Shown here: piece by piece, positions 46,821 through 58,587 of the stretch
Layout of the letters: each line of letters starts with the position of its first letter
How positions within the stretch are numbered: position 1 is the stretch's first letter
From: an uncultured Acidobacteriota bacterium
Lineage (GTDB): Bacteria > Acidobacteriota > Polarisedimenticolia > Polarisedimenticolales > DASRJG01
Length of the DNA: 63,992 nt
Direction: 5' to 3'
Assembly (NCBI GenBank): GCA_964619965.1
Contig: CAZUGP010000055.1
Span: 1-63,992, forward strand
The notes under the pieces: generated by a model
What the model was told of the DNA's origin: nothing
Databases searched by the model: none
What the model saw: the letters and a program-made list of their open reading frames with translations, nothing else
Translations under genes and position numbers: made by a program

Positions 46821-48617
46821 TCACGCCTGAGTTTCGGGCTTCCCAAGGAGGCCGATCCGCAGCTCCATGAGCTGCTTGAGGTCGACCGGAGCGGGCGCAT
46901 CGCACATGAGATCGGATGCCGAGGTGGTCTTCGGGAACGCGATCACGTCGCGGATCGACTCGGCGCCGACGAGCATGGCGCAGATGCGATCGAACCCGAG
47001 CGCGATACCGCCGTGAGGTGGCGCACCCGATTGCAGGGCCCGGAGGAGGAACCCGAATTTCGCCTGCGCCTCGTCCTTCCCGATCGCAAGTGCGCGGAAG
47101 ACCTGCTCCTGGACGTCGCTGCGGTGGATGCGGATCGATCCGCCGCCGATCTCCGTGCCGTTCAGGACCAGATCGTACGCTTGCGCGCGAACGGACCCGG
47201 GATCGGTGTCGAGCTTTCCCAGGTCTTCCCACCGGGGAGCGGTGAACGGATGGTGCATGGCCGTCCATCGGTTCTCGGCGTCATCGCGCAAGAACATTGG
47301 AAACCGCTCCACCCAGAGGAGGTCCCAGCGATCCTTCGGGACGAGGCCGAGCTCTTCTGCGATCTTGAGTCGAATCGTCCCTAAAGCGCGATCGCAAGCA
47401 TCGCGCGTATCGGCCACGATCAGGGCGGCGTCGCCTGAGCCTGCGCCGACGGCCGCTGCAACCTCCCGGCACTTCGGTTCGCCCAGGAGCTTCAGGGCCG
47501 ACGAGAGAACGGCACCCGAGGCTTCGAGCTTGATCCACACGAGTCCCTTCGCCCCGGCATCCTTCGCCCAGGCGGTCCAGAGATCGAGCTGCTTGCGCGA
47601 GGCGACGCCTCCGCCCGGCACCGCGAGGCCGCGCACGGCTCCGCCCGAGGCGAGCGCACCCTCGAACACGGCGAATCCCGTGCCTTTTGCGCTCGATCCC
47701 GCGTCTACGAGCTCGACCCCGAATCGCGTGTCCGGACGGTCGACGCCGAAGCGCCGCATCGCCTCGTCGTAGGGCATGCGCGGGAACGGGGCGGGCAGGT
47801 CGACGCCGATCGCCCGGAACATCCCTTGGATGAGCGGCTCGATGACCCCGTAGATCGACTCGGGCTCGGCGAACGACATTTCGAGATCGATCTGCGTGAA
47901 TTCCGGCTGCCTGTCAGCCCTCAGGTCTTCATCCCTGAAGCACCGCGCGAATTGGTAATAGCGCTCGAACCCCGCGACCATGAGGAGCTGTTTGAACAGC
48001 TGAGGCGATTGCGGGAGCGCGTAGAAGCGCCCGGGATGCACGCGGCTCGGCACGAGATAGTCCCGCGCCCCCTCCGGAGTCGAGCGGGTCAGAATCGGCG
48101 TTTCAATCTCGACGAATCCTTCGGCATCCAACGCCTTTCGCGCCGCGGCCGCCAACTTGTGACGCAGACGGATCGCGCGCTGGAGACGGGGGCGGCGCAG
48201 GTCCACGTAGCGGTGCTGAAGGCGCAGCTCCTCGTTGGCCTCCGCCTCGTCGTCCACGGGGAACGGCACGCCGGTCGCCGGGTTGTGGACGACGATGTCG
48301 CCGACGCGCACCTCAACGTTGCCCGTCGGGTGCTGGGGGTTTCTCGCCTCGCGGATCACCACGGTCCCCCTCACGCCCACGACGTCTTCGGCGTGAAGCT
48401 TCTCGGCGATGGCGTGCAGTTCCGCGTTGTCCGGATCGAAAACGATCTGCACGCGGCCGGTCGCGTCGCGAAGCTCGACGAAGATCAGTTGGCCCAGGTC
48501 GCGGCGGCGGTGCACCCACCCGGTGAGCACGACGTCGCGCTTGACGTCGGCATCCGCGGTCGTGACTTCGCCGCAGCCGATCGTACGGTGGAGCAATCGC
48601 GAGACATCAGCGGCCAT
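46821..48617 (-). CDS. aspS: Aspartate-tRNA ligase
   Basis: GWVHRRRDLGQLIFVELRDATG is the OB fold. FRDEDLRADRQPEFTQID is motif 2, and GGIALGFDR is motif 3. The length is 598 aa from the ATG at 48617. Confidence 0.93.
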   Translation of the reverse strand: MAADVSRLLHRTIGCGEVTTADADVKRDVVLTGWVHRRRDLGQLIFVELRDATGRVQIVFDPDNAELHAIAEKLHAEDVVGVRGTVVIREARNPQHPTGNVEVRVGDIVVHNPATGVPFPVDDEAEANEELRLQHRYVDLRRPRLQRAIRLRHKLAAAARKALDAEGFVEIETPILTRSTPEGARDYLVPSRVHPGRFYALPQSPQLFKQLLMVAGFERYYQFARCFRDEDLRADRQPEFTQIDLEMSFAEPESIYGVIEPLIQGMFRAIGVDLPAPFPRMPYDEAMRRFGVDRPDTRFGVELVDAGSSAKGTGFAVFEGALASGGAVRGLAVPGGGVASRKQLDLWTAWAKDAGAKGLVWIKLEASGAVLSSALKLLGEPKCREVAAAVGAGSGDAALIVADTRDACDRALGTIRLKIAEELGLVPKDRWDLLWVERFPMFLRDDAENRWTAMHHPFTAPRWEDLGKLDTDPGSVRAQAYDLVLNGTEIGGGSIRIHRSDVQEQVFRALAIGKDEAQAKFGFLLRALQSGAPPHGGIALGFDRICAMLVGAESIRDVIAFPKTTSASDLMCDAPAPVDLKQLMELRIGLLGKPETQA

Positions 48618-49884
48618 GGCCCTTCCTTTCCACACGGACGGCGGCTTCGATGCCGGCCTCGTCCACCTCGATCTGATCGCCGCTTGCGAGGTCCTTGAGA
48701 CCGAACCGCCCGCGCTGAAGCTCCGCTTCGCCGACGAACAGGGCGTAACGTGCGCCGACACGCGGTGCGCGCTTCATTTGCGCCCCCAACGGGCGCTCCG
48801 TCAACGGCATCGTCACGCGCAATCCGCGCGACCGCAGCTTGCGCGCCAGATCGACGGACGCACGAAAACCCTTCTCCCCCAAACCAACGAGCAGGAGATC
48901 CGACGTGAGGCTCGCCCTGGCCGATTCTCCCATCATGAGAACGAGACGCTCCATCCCCGCGGCGAACCCGAATCCGGGGATCGCCGGGCCGCCCAACTCT
49001 TGGACGAGCCCGTCGTACCGTCCGCCGCCTAAGAGTGCGTTCTGCGCACCGAGACCCATGGCTACGACTTCGAAGACGGTGCGTTCGTAGTAATCGAGCC
49101 CGCGGACGAGACGAGGGTCGACCACGTACGGGATCAGGAAGCCGTCGAGAGTCTTGCGCACGGCGTCGAAGTGCGTCGCGCAAGGCGCGCACAGGCTGCC
49201 GATCACGTCGGGCGCCCCCTCGAGGAGTTTGCGGTCCGCCTCGACCTTGCAGTCGAAAACACGCAACGGATTCTCGATCGCGCGCCGTTGACAGTCCTCG
49301 CACATCGAGGGTAGGCGCGGCGACAACCACTGCGTGAGGGCTTGGCGGTAGCGCGGGCGGCAAGCCGAATCGCCCACCGTGTTCAGGCGCAGCTCGCGAT
49401 CCCGGATGTCGAGCGCGTCCAAGAGCGCCCAGACCATCTCGATCGTTTCGGCGTCGGCCAACGGCTCGGGCGCGCCCAAGACCTCGGCTCCGATCTGGTG
49501 GAACTGTCGCTGGCGTCCCTTCTGGGGGCGTTCGTAGCGGAACATCGGGCCAAGGTAGTAGAGGCGCGTGGGAAAACCTTCGGCGATCGTGCGGTGCAAC
49601 GAGTGCTCGACGACGGCACGCACGACCGGCGCGGTGTTCTCCGGCCGCAGCGTCACCGACTCATCGCCGGCCTTGAAGGTGTACATCTCCTTGCGAACGA
49701 TGTCGGTTGCGGTCCCGACCGAACGAGCGAACAGCTCCGTCGTCTCGAAGATCGGTGTGCGGATCTCGCGGAACCCGTAGCGCGAAAACACGTCGTGCGT
49801 GGCGTCTTCGAGAGATCTCCAGACTGCGACCTCTTCCGGAAGGATATCGCGCGTGCCCCGCAGGGCTTTGTAACGTTCCGCCAT
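48607..49884 (-). CDS. hisS: Histidine-tRNA ligase
   Basis: MAERYKALRGTRDILPEE, YYLGPMFRYERPQKGRQRQFHQ and GGGRYDGL are present. The 3' end overlaps the aspS start by 11 nt. Confidence 0.93.
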   Translation of the reverse strand: MAERYKALRGTRDILPEEVAVWRSLEDATHDVFSRYGFREIRTPIFETTELFARSVGTATDIVRKEMYTFKAGDESVTLRPENTAPVVRAVVEHSLHRTIAEGFPTRLYYLGPMFRYERPQKGRQRQFHQIGAEVLGAPEPLADAETIEMVWALLDALDIRDRELRLNTVGDSACRPRYRQALTQWLSPRLPSMCEDCQRRAIENPLRVFDCKVEADRKLLEGAPDVIGSLCAPCATHFDAVRKTLDGFLIPYVVDPRLVRGLDYYERTVFEVVAMGLGAQNALLGGGRYDGLVQELGGPAIPGFGFAAGMERLVLMMGESARASLTSDLLLVGLGEKGFRASVDLARKLRSRGLRVTMPLTERPLGAQMKRAPRVGARYALFVGEAELQRGRFGLKDLASGDQIEVDEAGIEAAVRVERKGHGR

Positions 49885-49907
49885 CGTGCGCATGGTATCG
49901 TGACCGG

Positions 49908-50825
49908 GTGCGCGCGTGCCGCCTTTCACACCTTGTCGCCGGGTCCTTCGCGCTGGCTTTGCTCCTGTCCCCGGCCATTGCACAGTACGGATCCTCGAGC
50001 CCCGACACAAACCAACCCAATAACTACCCCCCGGCGCTGCCGCCGCGCCGAGGACCCGGCCCGATGCTCGTTTTCGAGCGGCTCGGCGAGATCGCGCTGC
50101 CGGGACCACTCGGGGTGCCGTCTTTGTTCGTGGACGACGGTCTCGTCGTGATCCCCGTCTTAGGCGGTTTTGCGCGTGTCGCTCCCGAAGCCGACGCGAC
50201 GCCGTCGATCGTCCCCACGGTCGATGTGCCCGAGGCCGTGGAGTGGATCACATCGTCCAACGGGAAACGCCGCTTCCGGACAGCCCCCAAGGGCCTCGTC
50301 GAGGCGGAGCACAAAACGCGCGGGCGCAAGAAATGGGCCGCCTCGTGGAGAATCGTCGCGCCGAATTCGATCCTGTCACCGCCGATCCTCCTCGGCCAGC
50401 GCCTGTGCTACGCGGGGTTGGACGATCGCGTGACCTGCGTGCGCGCGAGCAACGGGCACCGTCTCTGGACGGTCGACCTCGGCGACCGGCTCTCGCGGGG
50501 GCTGACCTCCTGGCCCGCCGCGGGAGACGGCACGGTCGATGGAGAGATCCTGCTCGCGGTGCCGGACGGCGGCGCCTCCGTGATCGCGCTCGACGCCTAC
50601 GACGGCCGCCGCGTCGCGACGTTCGACCTCCCCGCGACCCATCATTTTTCCTCTCCCGCGCTCGTTGTGTCTCGCGATCGAATCGCGATCTCGCGCAAGG
50701 GTTACGACGACAAGGAGGCCGCCCTCGTGCTGCTTCATTTGACGGCCCCACCTCAGGCCGCGCCGCCTTCGACCGTACCCTATAATGGCGACTCCCCCGC
50801 GCGGACCGAGCCTTCCGGGAGGTGA
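49908..50825 (+). CDS. Secreted hypothetical protein with PQQ-like beta-propeller repeats
   Basis: From a GTG start, VRACRLSHLVAGSFALALLLSPAIAQ is a signal peptide. I see two recognisable repeats of the type V.CVRASNGHRLW and VIALDAYDGRRV. The start lies only 23 nt from the divergent hisS start. Confidence 0.45.
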   Translation: MRACRLSHLVAGSFALALLLSPAIAQYGSSSPDTNQPNNYPPALPPRRGPGPMLVFERLGEIALPGPLGVPSLFVDDGLVVIPVLGGFARVAPEADATPSIVPTVDVPEAVEWITSSNGKRRFRTAPKGLVEAEHKTRGRKKWAASWRIVAPNSILSPPILLGQRLCYAGLDDRVTCVRASNGHRLWTVDLGDRLSRGLTSWPAAGDGTVDGEILLAVPDGGASVIALDAYDGRRVATFDLPATHHFSSPALVVSRDRIAISRKGYDDKEAALVLLHLTAPPQAAPPSTVPYNGDSPARTEPSGR

Positions 50826-50828
50826 TTC

Positions 50829-52934
50829 GTGGCTCCGAAGACTGAGACCCCGAGCCTCAGAGGGCTCGATCGAAAATCGCTGCTCGAAATGTATCGCGCG
50901 ATGCTCCTATCCCGTAAGGTCGACGACAAGGAAATCCAGCTCAAGCGCCAGAACAAGACCTACTTCCAGATCAACGGGGTTGGACACGAGGCGGTCGGCG
51001 CGGCGATGGCTCAGGTCTTCCGACCAGGGCACGACTGGTTCTTTTTCTACTACCGCGACCGCGCCGCCTCGTTGGCGCTGGGCGTCACCCCTCTCGAGAT
51101 GTTCCTGCAAGCGGTCGGCGCGAAGGACGAGCCTCAAAGCGGCGCGCGGCAGATGCCCTCTCACTTTTCGTCCCCGAAGCTCCACATCGCCAACACGTCG
51201 TCGCCGACGGGGACGCAATTCCTCCAGGCGTGCGGATGCGCCGAGGCCGGGCTCTATTCCGCCGCGCACGGGAAGCTGACGGGGGTTCCGTTCGAAAGCG
51301 ACGAGGTCGTCGTGGTCACGACGGGCGACGGCACGACGAGCGAGGGCGAGTTCTGGGAGTCGGTCAACACGGCGTGCACCAGGAAGCTCCCGGTCGTCTA
51401 CGTCGTCGAGGACAACGGCTACGCGATTTCGGTCCCGGTCGAGGTCAACACCGCCGGTGGCAGCATCTCCAGGCTCTTGGGGTCATTTCCGAATCTCTTG
51501 ATCCGCGAGGTGGACGGATGCGATCCGCTCGCGACGGTCGAGGCGTATCGCGCCGCGGCCGCTCATGCGAGGGCACGCTCGGGGCCTGCGCTCGTTCACG
51601 CCCACGTCGTCCGACCGTACAGCCATTCCCTGTCGGACGACGAGACCAACTACAAGACGAAGGACGAGCGCGCGGCGGAGGGCAAGCGAGATCCCGTCAC
51701 GACGTTTCGCGACACTCTCGTCCGCGAGGGCATCGTCGAGCAGGAAGTCTTGGACGCAATCGACGCGCAGCTCGACGAGGAGGTCGCCCGGGCGGTGGAC
51801 GAAGCGCTCCTGGCGGCGCGCCCCGAGCCAAGCTCGGCCCTCGAGTTCGTTTACTCGCCCACGGTTGATCCGACGTCGCCGGCGTTTGCGACCGAGCCGT
51901 CAGCCCTAGGCCAGCCGACGACGATGGTCGACCTCCTGAACGCCTGCATGAAGGACGAGATGCGCCGCGATCCGCGAATCGTCGTTTTCGGGCAGGACGT
52001 CGCCGACGCCTCCCGGGACGAGGCGCTCTCACAGGTCAAGGGAAAAGGCGGCGTCTTCAAGGTGACCTGGGGACTGCAGAAGGAGTTCGGGGGATCGCGC
52101 GTCTTCAATTCGCCGCTCGCCGAGGCCAACATCTTGGGTCGCGCGATCGGAATGGCGCTCCGCGGGATCAAGCCCGTCGTGGAGATCCAGTTCTTCGACT
52201 ACATCTGGCCCGCGTACATGCAGATCCGGGACGAGCTCGTCACGATGCGGTGGCGTTCGGGAAACGCGTTTAGCTGCCCGCTCGTCATCCGAGTCGCCTA
52301 CGGCGGCTACATCACAGGGGGGGCGATCTACCACAGCCAGTCGGGGGCGGCGCTGTTCACCGCCAACCCGGGGATTCGGGTCGTCTGCCCGTCAAACGCC
52401 GTGGACGCGAACGGACTCTTACGCACGGCGATACGTTGCGACGATCCCGTGCTGTTCCTCGAGCACAAACATCTCTATCGCCAAACCTACAACAAGGGGG
52501 CGAACCCGGGTCCGAACTACATGATCCCATTCGGGAAGGCCTCCTGCGTTCGTGAAGGGCTAGACGTGACGGTCGTCACCTACGGCGCGACGGTCCATCG
52601 CGCGCTCCAGGCCGCCCGCCAGGCCGCCGAACGCGGGGTCTCGCTGGAGATCCTCGACCTCCGCTCGCTGAATCCGGTCGATTGGGATGCGATCGCGGCG
52701 TCGGTGAGAAAAACCAGCAAGGTGCTCGTGCTCACGGAAGATTCCCGGTCTTGGGGGTACGGGGCTGAGATCGCCGCTCGCATCGGCGAGGAGCTCTACG
52801 CCGAGCTCGACGGCCCCGTGCGGCGCCTTGCCGCGACGGACACCTTCGTCGCCTACGCGCCGGAGCTCGAGAATTTCATCCTCCCGCAGACGGCGGATAT
52901 CCTGAAAGCGGCCGAGGAGCTCGCCGCCTTCTGA
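50829..52934 (+). CDS. Fused alpha/beta thiamine-diphosphate-dependent 2-oxoacid dehydrogenase E1 component
   Basis: The N-terminal half carries the TPP motif [15 protein letters not shown]..(..)..[10 protein letters not shown]. The C-terminal half is E1-beta-like ([27 protein letters not shown]..; transketolase C-terminal-like [11 protein letters not shown]). The length is 701 aa with a GTG start. Confidence 0.8.
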   Translation: MAPKTETPSLRGLDRKSLLEMYRAMLLSRKVDDKEIQLKRQNKTYFQINGVGHEAVGAAMAQVFRPGHDWFFFYYRDRAASLALGVTPLEMFLQAVGAKDEPQSGARQMPSHFSSPKLHIANTSSPTGTQFLQACGCAEAGLYSAAHGKLTGVPFESDEVVVVTTGDGTTSEGEFWESVNTACTRKLPVVYVVEDNGYAISVPVEVNTAGGSISRLLGSFPNLLIREVDGCDPLATVEAYRAAAAHARARSGPALVHAHVVRPYSHSLSDDETNYKTKDERAAEGKRDPVTTFRDTLVREGIVEQEVLDAIDAQLDEEVARAVDEALLAARPEPSSALEFVYSPTVDPTSPAFATEPSALGQPTTMVDLLNACMKDEMRRDPRIVVFGQDVADASRDEALSQVKGKGGVFKVTWGLQKEFGGSRVFNSPLAEANILGRAIGMALRGIKPVVEIQFFDYIWPAYMQIRDELVTMRWRSGNAFSCPLVIRVAYGGYITGGAIYHSQSGAALFTANPGIRVVCPSNAVDANGLLRTAIRCDDPVLFLEHKHLYRQTYNKGANPGPNYMIPFGKASCVREGLDVTVVTYGATVHRALQAARQAAERGVSLEILDLRSLNPVDWDAIAASVRKTSKVLVLTEDSRSWGYGAEIAARIGEELYAELDGPVRRLAATDTFVAYAPELENFILPQTADILKAAEELAAF

Positions 52935-52977
52935 GCTTTGGACCTCTCTCTGGCCCGTCGACGCTTGCGGAACCATA

Positions 52978-53619
52978 TTGAACAGCGTGATCCGCCGCGC
53001 CGAATCGGTCCTTTTCCTTGGCGTCTTGACGCTCGCCCTCGCATGCTCTAGCGAGACCCCGCGCGTCACGGCGCCCGCTGATGCGCCGCCGGCCGCGCCT
53101 CGACAGGACGTCGACCTGCAAGGAGGCACCGGCAAGCGCGGCCCCGGCGAGATGTACAACGCGTGCGAGCGAATCTGGTGTCTGACCCACGAACGGAACT
53201 TCGATCTCGAACATTACTCGAGCGGTCACATCGGCTGGATTCTCCACGACGACGGCAGCGGCGACGTCTTCGTACCCAAGCACCGTATCGGAGGCCCCGC
53301 CTTTCCCCACGCGAGGCTCAACGTGCTCGCGCTCTGCGGGAGGCACGTCCATCCGTACTGGCTCGGGCCACGCCGCGGTCCGCTCACGAAACCGGGTTAC
53401 AACGTCGCTCTGGGATTCGACCGGGCGCACTTCCGCGCCTACGGGACGCGCGTGACGCCGGCGTTCGTCAACGCGGAGGCTTGGGGCTTCCTGCATGCGT
53501 CGGCCCCGAGGGAGTACCGGTTCGGTGACCGACAGGCTGCGGCGGAGATGGCGGGGTCGGGGTGGCAAAAGGCGTTTCCGTCGCAGACGGCTCTGGCGTC
53601 CGGTCCCGGCTCTCGCTAG
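52978..53619 (+). CDS. Hypothetical secreted protein or lipoprotein
   Basis: The start is TTG (or the GTG at 52987). VLFLGVLTLALACSSE is a signal peptide with Cys. I recognised no family. The 3' 152 nt overlaps the convergent ORF 53468-54676. Confidence 0.4.
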   Translation: MNSVIRRAESVLFLGVLTLALACSSETPRVTAPADAPPAAPRQDVDLQGGTGKRGPGEMYNACERIWCLTHERNFDLEHYSSGHIGWILHDDGSGDVFVPKHRIGGPAFPHARLNVLALCGRHVHPYWLGPRRGPLTKPGYNVALGFDRAHFRAYGTRVTPAFVNAEAWGFLHASAPREYRFGDRQAAAEMAGSGWQKAFPSQTALASGPGSR

Positions 53620-54676
53620 CCCGTCCAAGCAGCTCTGCAAGACGATTGGACAAACCGTCGATGCGTCCCGAAAACTCCATCCCGAAGTGCCCGCTCGGGC
53701 GTGCGCCGTCCCCGTCGATTGCGATCGCGCCGACGGGAACCCCGGGAAGAAACATCGAAACAACCGATGAGCAATCTTCCGGCGTTCCCCCAAAAGGATC
53801 CTTCTCCTCGATCGCGCCTAAGGGCTCGACGATGATGCGGAAGGCCAGCTCGTCGCGTTCGTTGACATCGAAAGACGCCGCCGCTCGGTTTCCGATCCTT
53901 GGCATCGAGAAATCGCCGGCGCGACTTCCCGAAAAGAACGCCCAGGCGTCCTCCCCATCGAGCTTGATCGCGTCATGAAGGGCGAGCAACTCGGACAGCG
54001 CTGGAATCGGCGTCGCCGGGACCGTTCGCAAGACCGAACGCATGCGCGCCGCATCGTTGGCGACGAGCATCCGATTGCCCACCGTGGCGACGGCAAACCC
54101 GATGGCATCGCCACGAACTTCGGTCACCGCAATGCCGTCGACGTCGCTTGTATTGCCTTTTTCCCGGTCGCGGCTGGCGAAGAAGCGCATCATCTTCAGC
54201 GCGGCGCGCATCTTGAACATGCCATGGGAAAACGTCGCGCGCGCCGCCCACCCGGGTGGATCCTTCAGCTCTTTCGCCGGGGAGCTCGTGAACAGCGAGA
54301 GCTCCAGGGTAAACGGCGCGAGTGCCTCGAGTTGTGCACGTCGGTGCGGAAACGGAATGCCCTCGAGGAACGTCCCGCTTAGCGCGTTGCGCCGCGTTTC
54401 GTCGTTGATCGCGTCGAGCCGTGCGAAAAACGCAGCAAGCCCGGCGTCGTTCGGCTTCAGGTCGAAACGCCAATAGCGCGTCTCGTCTCCGACGAGAAAG
54501 ACCTCAAGAGCGTGCCCCGGCGTCTCGTCGCGCGTCAGATTCCATCCCACGCCGATGGCGACGCAGACGACGATCGCCACGAAAATCAGTGCGACGACGG
54601 CGCACCCTAAAAGGAAGCGCACGACCGGGTCCCGTTCCTTGCCGACGGGTTGTCCGTCGGTGCCGTAACCGCTCAC
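53468..54676 (-). CDS. Membrane-anchored hypothetical protein
   Basis: From a GTG start, FLLGCAVVALIFVAIVVCVAIGV is a TM anchor, and the C-terminal tail is Pro/Thr-rich. Its architecture is similar to the 17862-19073 product, including a shared ..VA....AR..S.. segment. The paralogy is only suggested. Confidence 0.45.
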   Translation of the reverse strand: MSGYGTDGQPVGKERDPVVRFLLGCAVVALIFVAIVVCVAIGVGWNLTRDETPGHALEVFLVGDETRYWRFDLKPNDAGLAAFFARLDAINDETRRNALSGTFLEGIPFPHRRAQLEALAPFTLELSLFTSSPAKELKDPPGWAARATFSHGMFKMRAALKMMRFFASRDREKGNTSDVDGIAVTEVRGDAIGFAVATVGNRMLVANDAARMRSVLRTVPATPIPALSELLALHDAIKLDGEDAWAFFSGSRAGDFSMPRIGNRAAASFDVNERDELAFRIIVEPLGAIEEKDPFGGTPEDCSSVVSMFLPGVPVGAIAIDGDGARPSGHFGMEFSGRIDGLSNRLAELLGRASESRDRTPEPSATETPFATPTPPSPPQPVGHRTGTPSGPTHAGSPKPPR

Positions 54677-54716
54677 GGCCCGAACTTACCAGATTTTGCC
54701 GTGTTACCATGGCGCA

Positions 54717-56288
54717 ATGATGCTCGAAAACAGCAGCTACGATGTCGCCGTCGTTGGAGGTGCGTTTTCGGGATCGGCGACCGCCCTCCTTTTGAAGCGC
54801 GAACATCCCGAGCTTCGCGTCGTTCTCATCGAGAAGAAACCGGTCTTCGATCGGAAGGTCGGAGAGTCCGTGATCGAGCTGGGCTCGTGGTTTCTCACGC
54901 GCAAGCTCGGCCTCGACCGGCACTTGGCGACCAAGCACCTACCGAAATACGGGCAGCGATACTGGTTTCAAAACGATCGCGTGGGGACCCTTTCCGAGGC
55001 GTCGGAGCTGGGCAATTACTACCAGTCGCTCCTCCCCAGCTACCATGTCGATCGTGCGGTCTTAGACGAGCACGTCCACGCTTTGGCCGTCGCGGAGGGC
55101 GTCGTCGCCCTTCGCCCCGCGCGCGTCGTCGACCTCGAGCTCAAGCCGGGCGCAACCTCCCGCGTGACCGTCGAGACCGCCGAAGGACGCGATTCGATCA
55201 CCGCGCGCTGGATCGTGGATGCCACGGGGCGCGGGGCCTTTTTGGCCCGACGGCTCGGGCACTTCCAGCCGATGCCGGAGCACCCGATCCGCTCGGTTTG
55301 GGCCCGATACCGCAACCTGAGGGATTTCGACGGCGACTGGCTGGCGGCGCGGGACTTCTCGCGCGGGCCGGGACGGTCCGGTCGCTGCGGCGTCGCCTGC
55401 TCGCGGTCCCTTTCGACGAACCATTTGACCGGGCTCGGTTGGTGGATCTGGGTGATCCCGCTTGCCGGCGGCGACGTCAGTGTCGGCGTCGTGTGGGACG
55501 AAAGGCTGTTCGATCTCCCGGCGGGCGGCAGCCTCGCGGAGCAATTCGACGCTTTCATGACGAGCTTTCCGGCGGGGCGGGAGCTGGTCGCTGGGGCCAC
55601 CCGGGTCGAGGACGACCTGCACGCGTTGAAGGCGCTCCCCTATCGCGTGACCCGGCTTGCGGACGATGGATGGGCGGCGGTCGGAGACGCGGCCGGCTTC
55701 ATCGACCCGTTCTACAGCCCCGGACTCGACTGGGCGGCGCTGACCATCACGAAGACGGTCAACCTGATCGGCCGCGTGCTTGGCGCGGGATCGACGGAAT
55801 CGGCGACGTCCCTTGAGCTGGCACGGCACAACCGCGAGTTCACGGTCGGCTTCTCGCGCTGGTTCGAGGCCCTCTACCGGGACAAGTACTACGTGATCGG
55901 CGACGCCGAGCTGATGGAGATCGCCCTCCGCAACGAGGTTTCGCTGTATTACCTCGGCATCTTGACGGGTCCGTACCGCAGGGGTGAAGCGGGGCTCGAC
56001 GTCCCGTTTTCCCATCCCCTGTCCCTTCCGTTCTACGTCTTGATGCGGTTCATGACCCGCCGTCTCGCGTCCGTCGGGCACGCGCGCATGGAGGCGGGGA
56101 CGTGGGGCCGGCACAACGCGGGGAGGCACATCTATCTGCCGGGGTTCAAGCTCGGGCCCCGAATGTTGAAGTACCTTCCCGGCGCGCTGGCACGCCTGGC
56201 GCGCGTCGAGCTTCTCGCGGTACCCGACCGGTTGCGAGTGCGATTTCGCGGCAAGGCCGCGACCGTGCCTCCGCTCAGAGCGTCTTGA
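54717..56288 (+). CDS. FAD-dependent oxidoreductase of the flavin-dependent halogenase-like family
   Basis: YDVAVVGGAFSGSATA is a GxGxxG-type FAD fold. GWWIWVIPL matches WxWxIP. FIDPFYSPGLD matches the FxDPxxSxG motif. KVGESVIE resembles the GES segment seen in phenol/pyrrole-type halogenases. Confidence 0.6.
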   Translation: MMLENSSYDVAVVGGAFSGSATALLLKREHPELRVVLIEKKPVFDRKVGESVIELGSWFLTRKLGLDRHLATKHLPKYGQRYWFQNDRVGTLSEASELGNYYQSLLPSYHVDRAVLDEHVHALAVAEGVVALRPARVVDLELKPGATSRVTVETAEGRDSITARWIVDATGRGAFLARRLGHFQPMPEHPIRSVWARYRNLRDFDGDWLAARDFSRGPGRSGRCGVACSRSLSTNHLTGLGWWIWVIPLAGGDVSVGVVWDERLFDLPAGGSLAEQFDAFMTSFPAGRELVAGATRVEDDLHALKALPYRVTRLADDGWAAVGDAAGFIDPFYSPGLDWAALTITKTVNLIGRVLGAGSTESATSLELARHNREFTVGFSRWFEALYRDKYYVIGDAELMEIALRNEVSLYYLGILTGPYRRGEAGLDVPFSHPLSLPFYVLMRFMTRRLASVGHARMEAGTWGRHNAGRHIYLPGFKLGPRMLKYLPGALARLARVELLAVPDRLRVRFRGKAATVPPLRAS

Positions 56289-56855
56289 CGACGACGAGCG
56301 CCTGACCGGCCCGGACCTCCTGTCCGTCCACGGCGAGGACTTCCACGATCTCCGCCTCGTCGGGAAATCCCGCTCCGCCGTAGGCGATCGGATTGAAGGT
56401 CTTCATCACCTCGATCAACCCGACCGGCTGCCCGGTTCTGATCCGGTCGCCGGCGACCACGTAGGGCTTGGCATCGATCGCGGGTGATCGGTAGAAGACG
56501 CCGTCCGTCGGTGCGCCGACCGCAAGTCCGGCCTCAGACGCTGGAGTCGCCGCGGGAGGACCCGAGTCGATACCGGAGTCGCGGCCGGCCAGCGGCGTGA
56601 CGCGCAGGAGGGTCTCCCCGTACTCGACCGGTGCAATCCCCTGGGGCCGCCCCTCGATCGTGACGCGGCCTGTGACTCCGTCGGGGACGACGAGAACAAA
56701 TCGGCGGCGAAGCTGTGTGAGCGTCCCGACCCTCGAGCCGGGTTGGACGTAGGCGCCGTCTTTCGGCTGAGCCGACCAGACCCCGACGGTCGGCGCGGAC
56801 AGGATCGTCCCGCCGTTTGGGTCCTTAGCAGAGAGCACCTTGATCGAGATTTCCA

Positions 56856-56859
<4 letters not shown>
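56275..56859 (-). CDS. Biotin carboxyl carrier protein (biotinyl domain) with an extra N-terminal domain
   Basis: The C-terminal [22 protein letters not shown]...GQALVVV carries the biotinyl-Lys in the VMKT context. An ATGA overlap links it to the upstream carboxyltransferase. Confidence 0.8.
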
Positions 56860-58580
<1,721 letters not shown>

Positions 58581-58587
58581 CTGAGCC

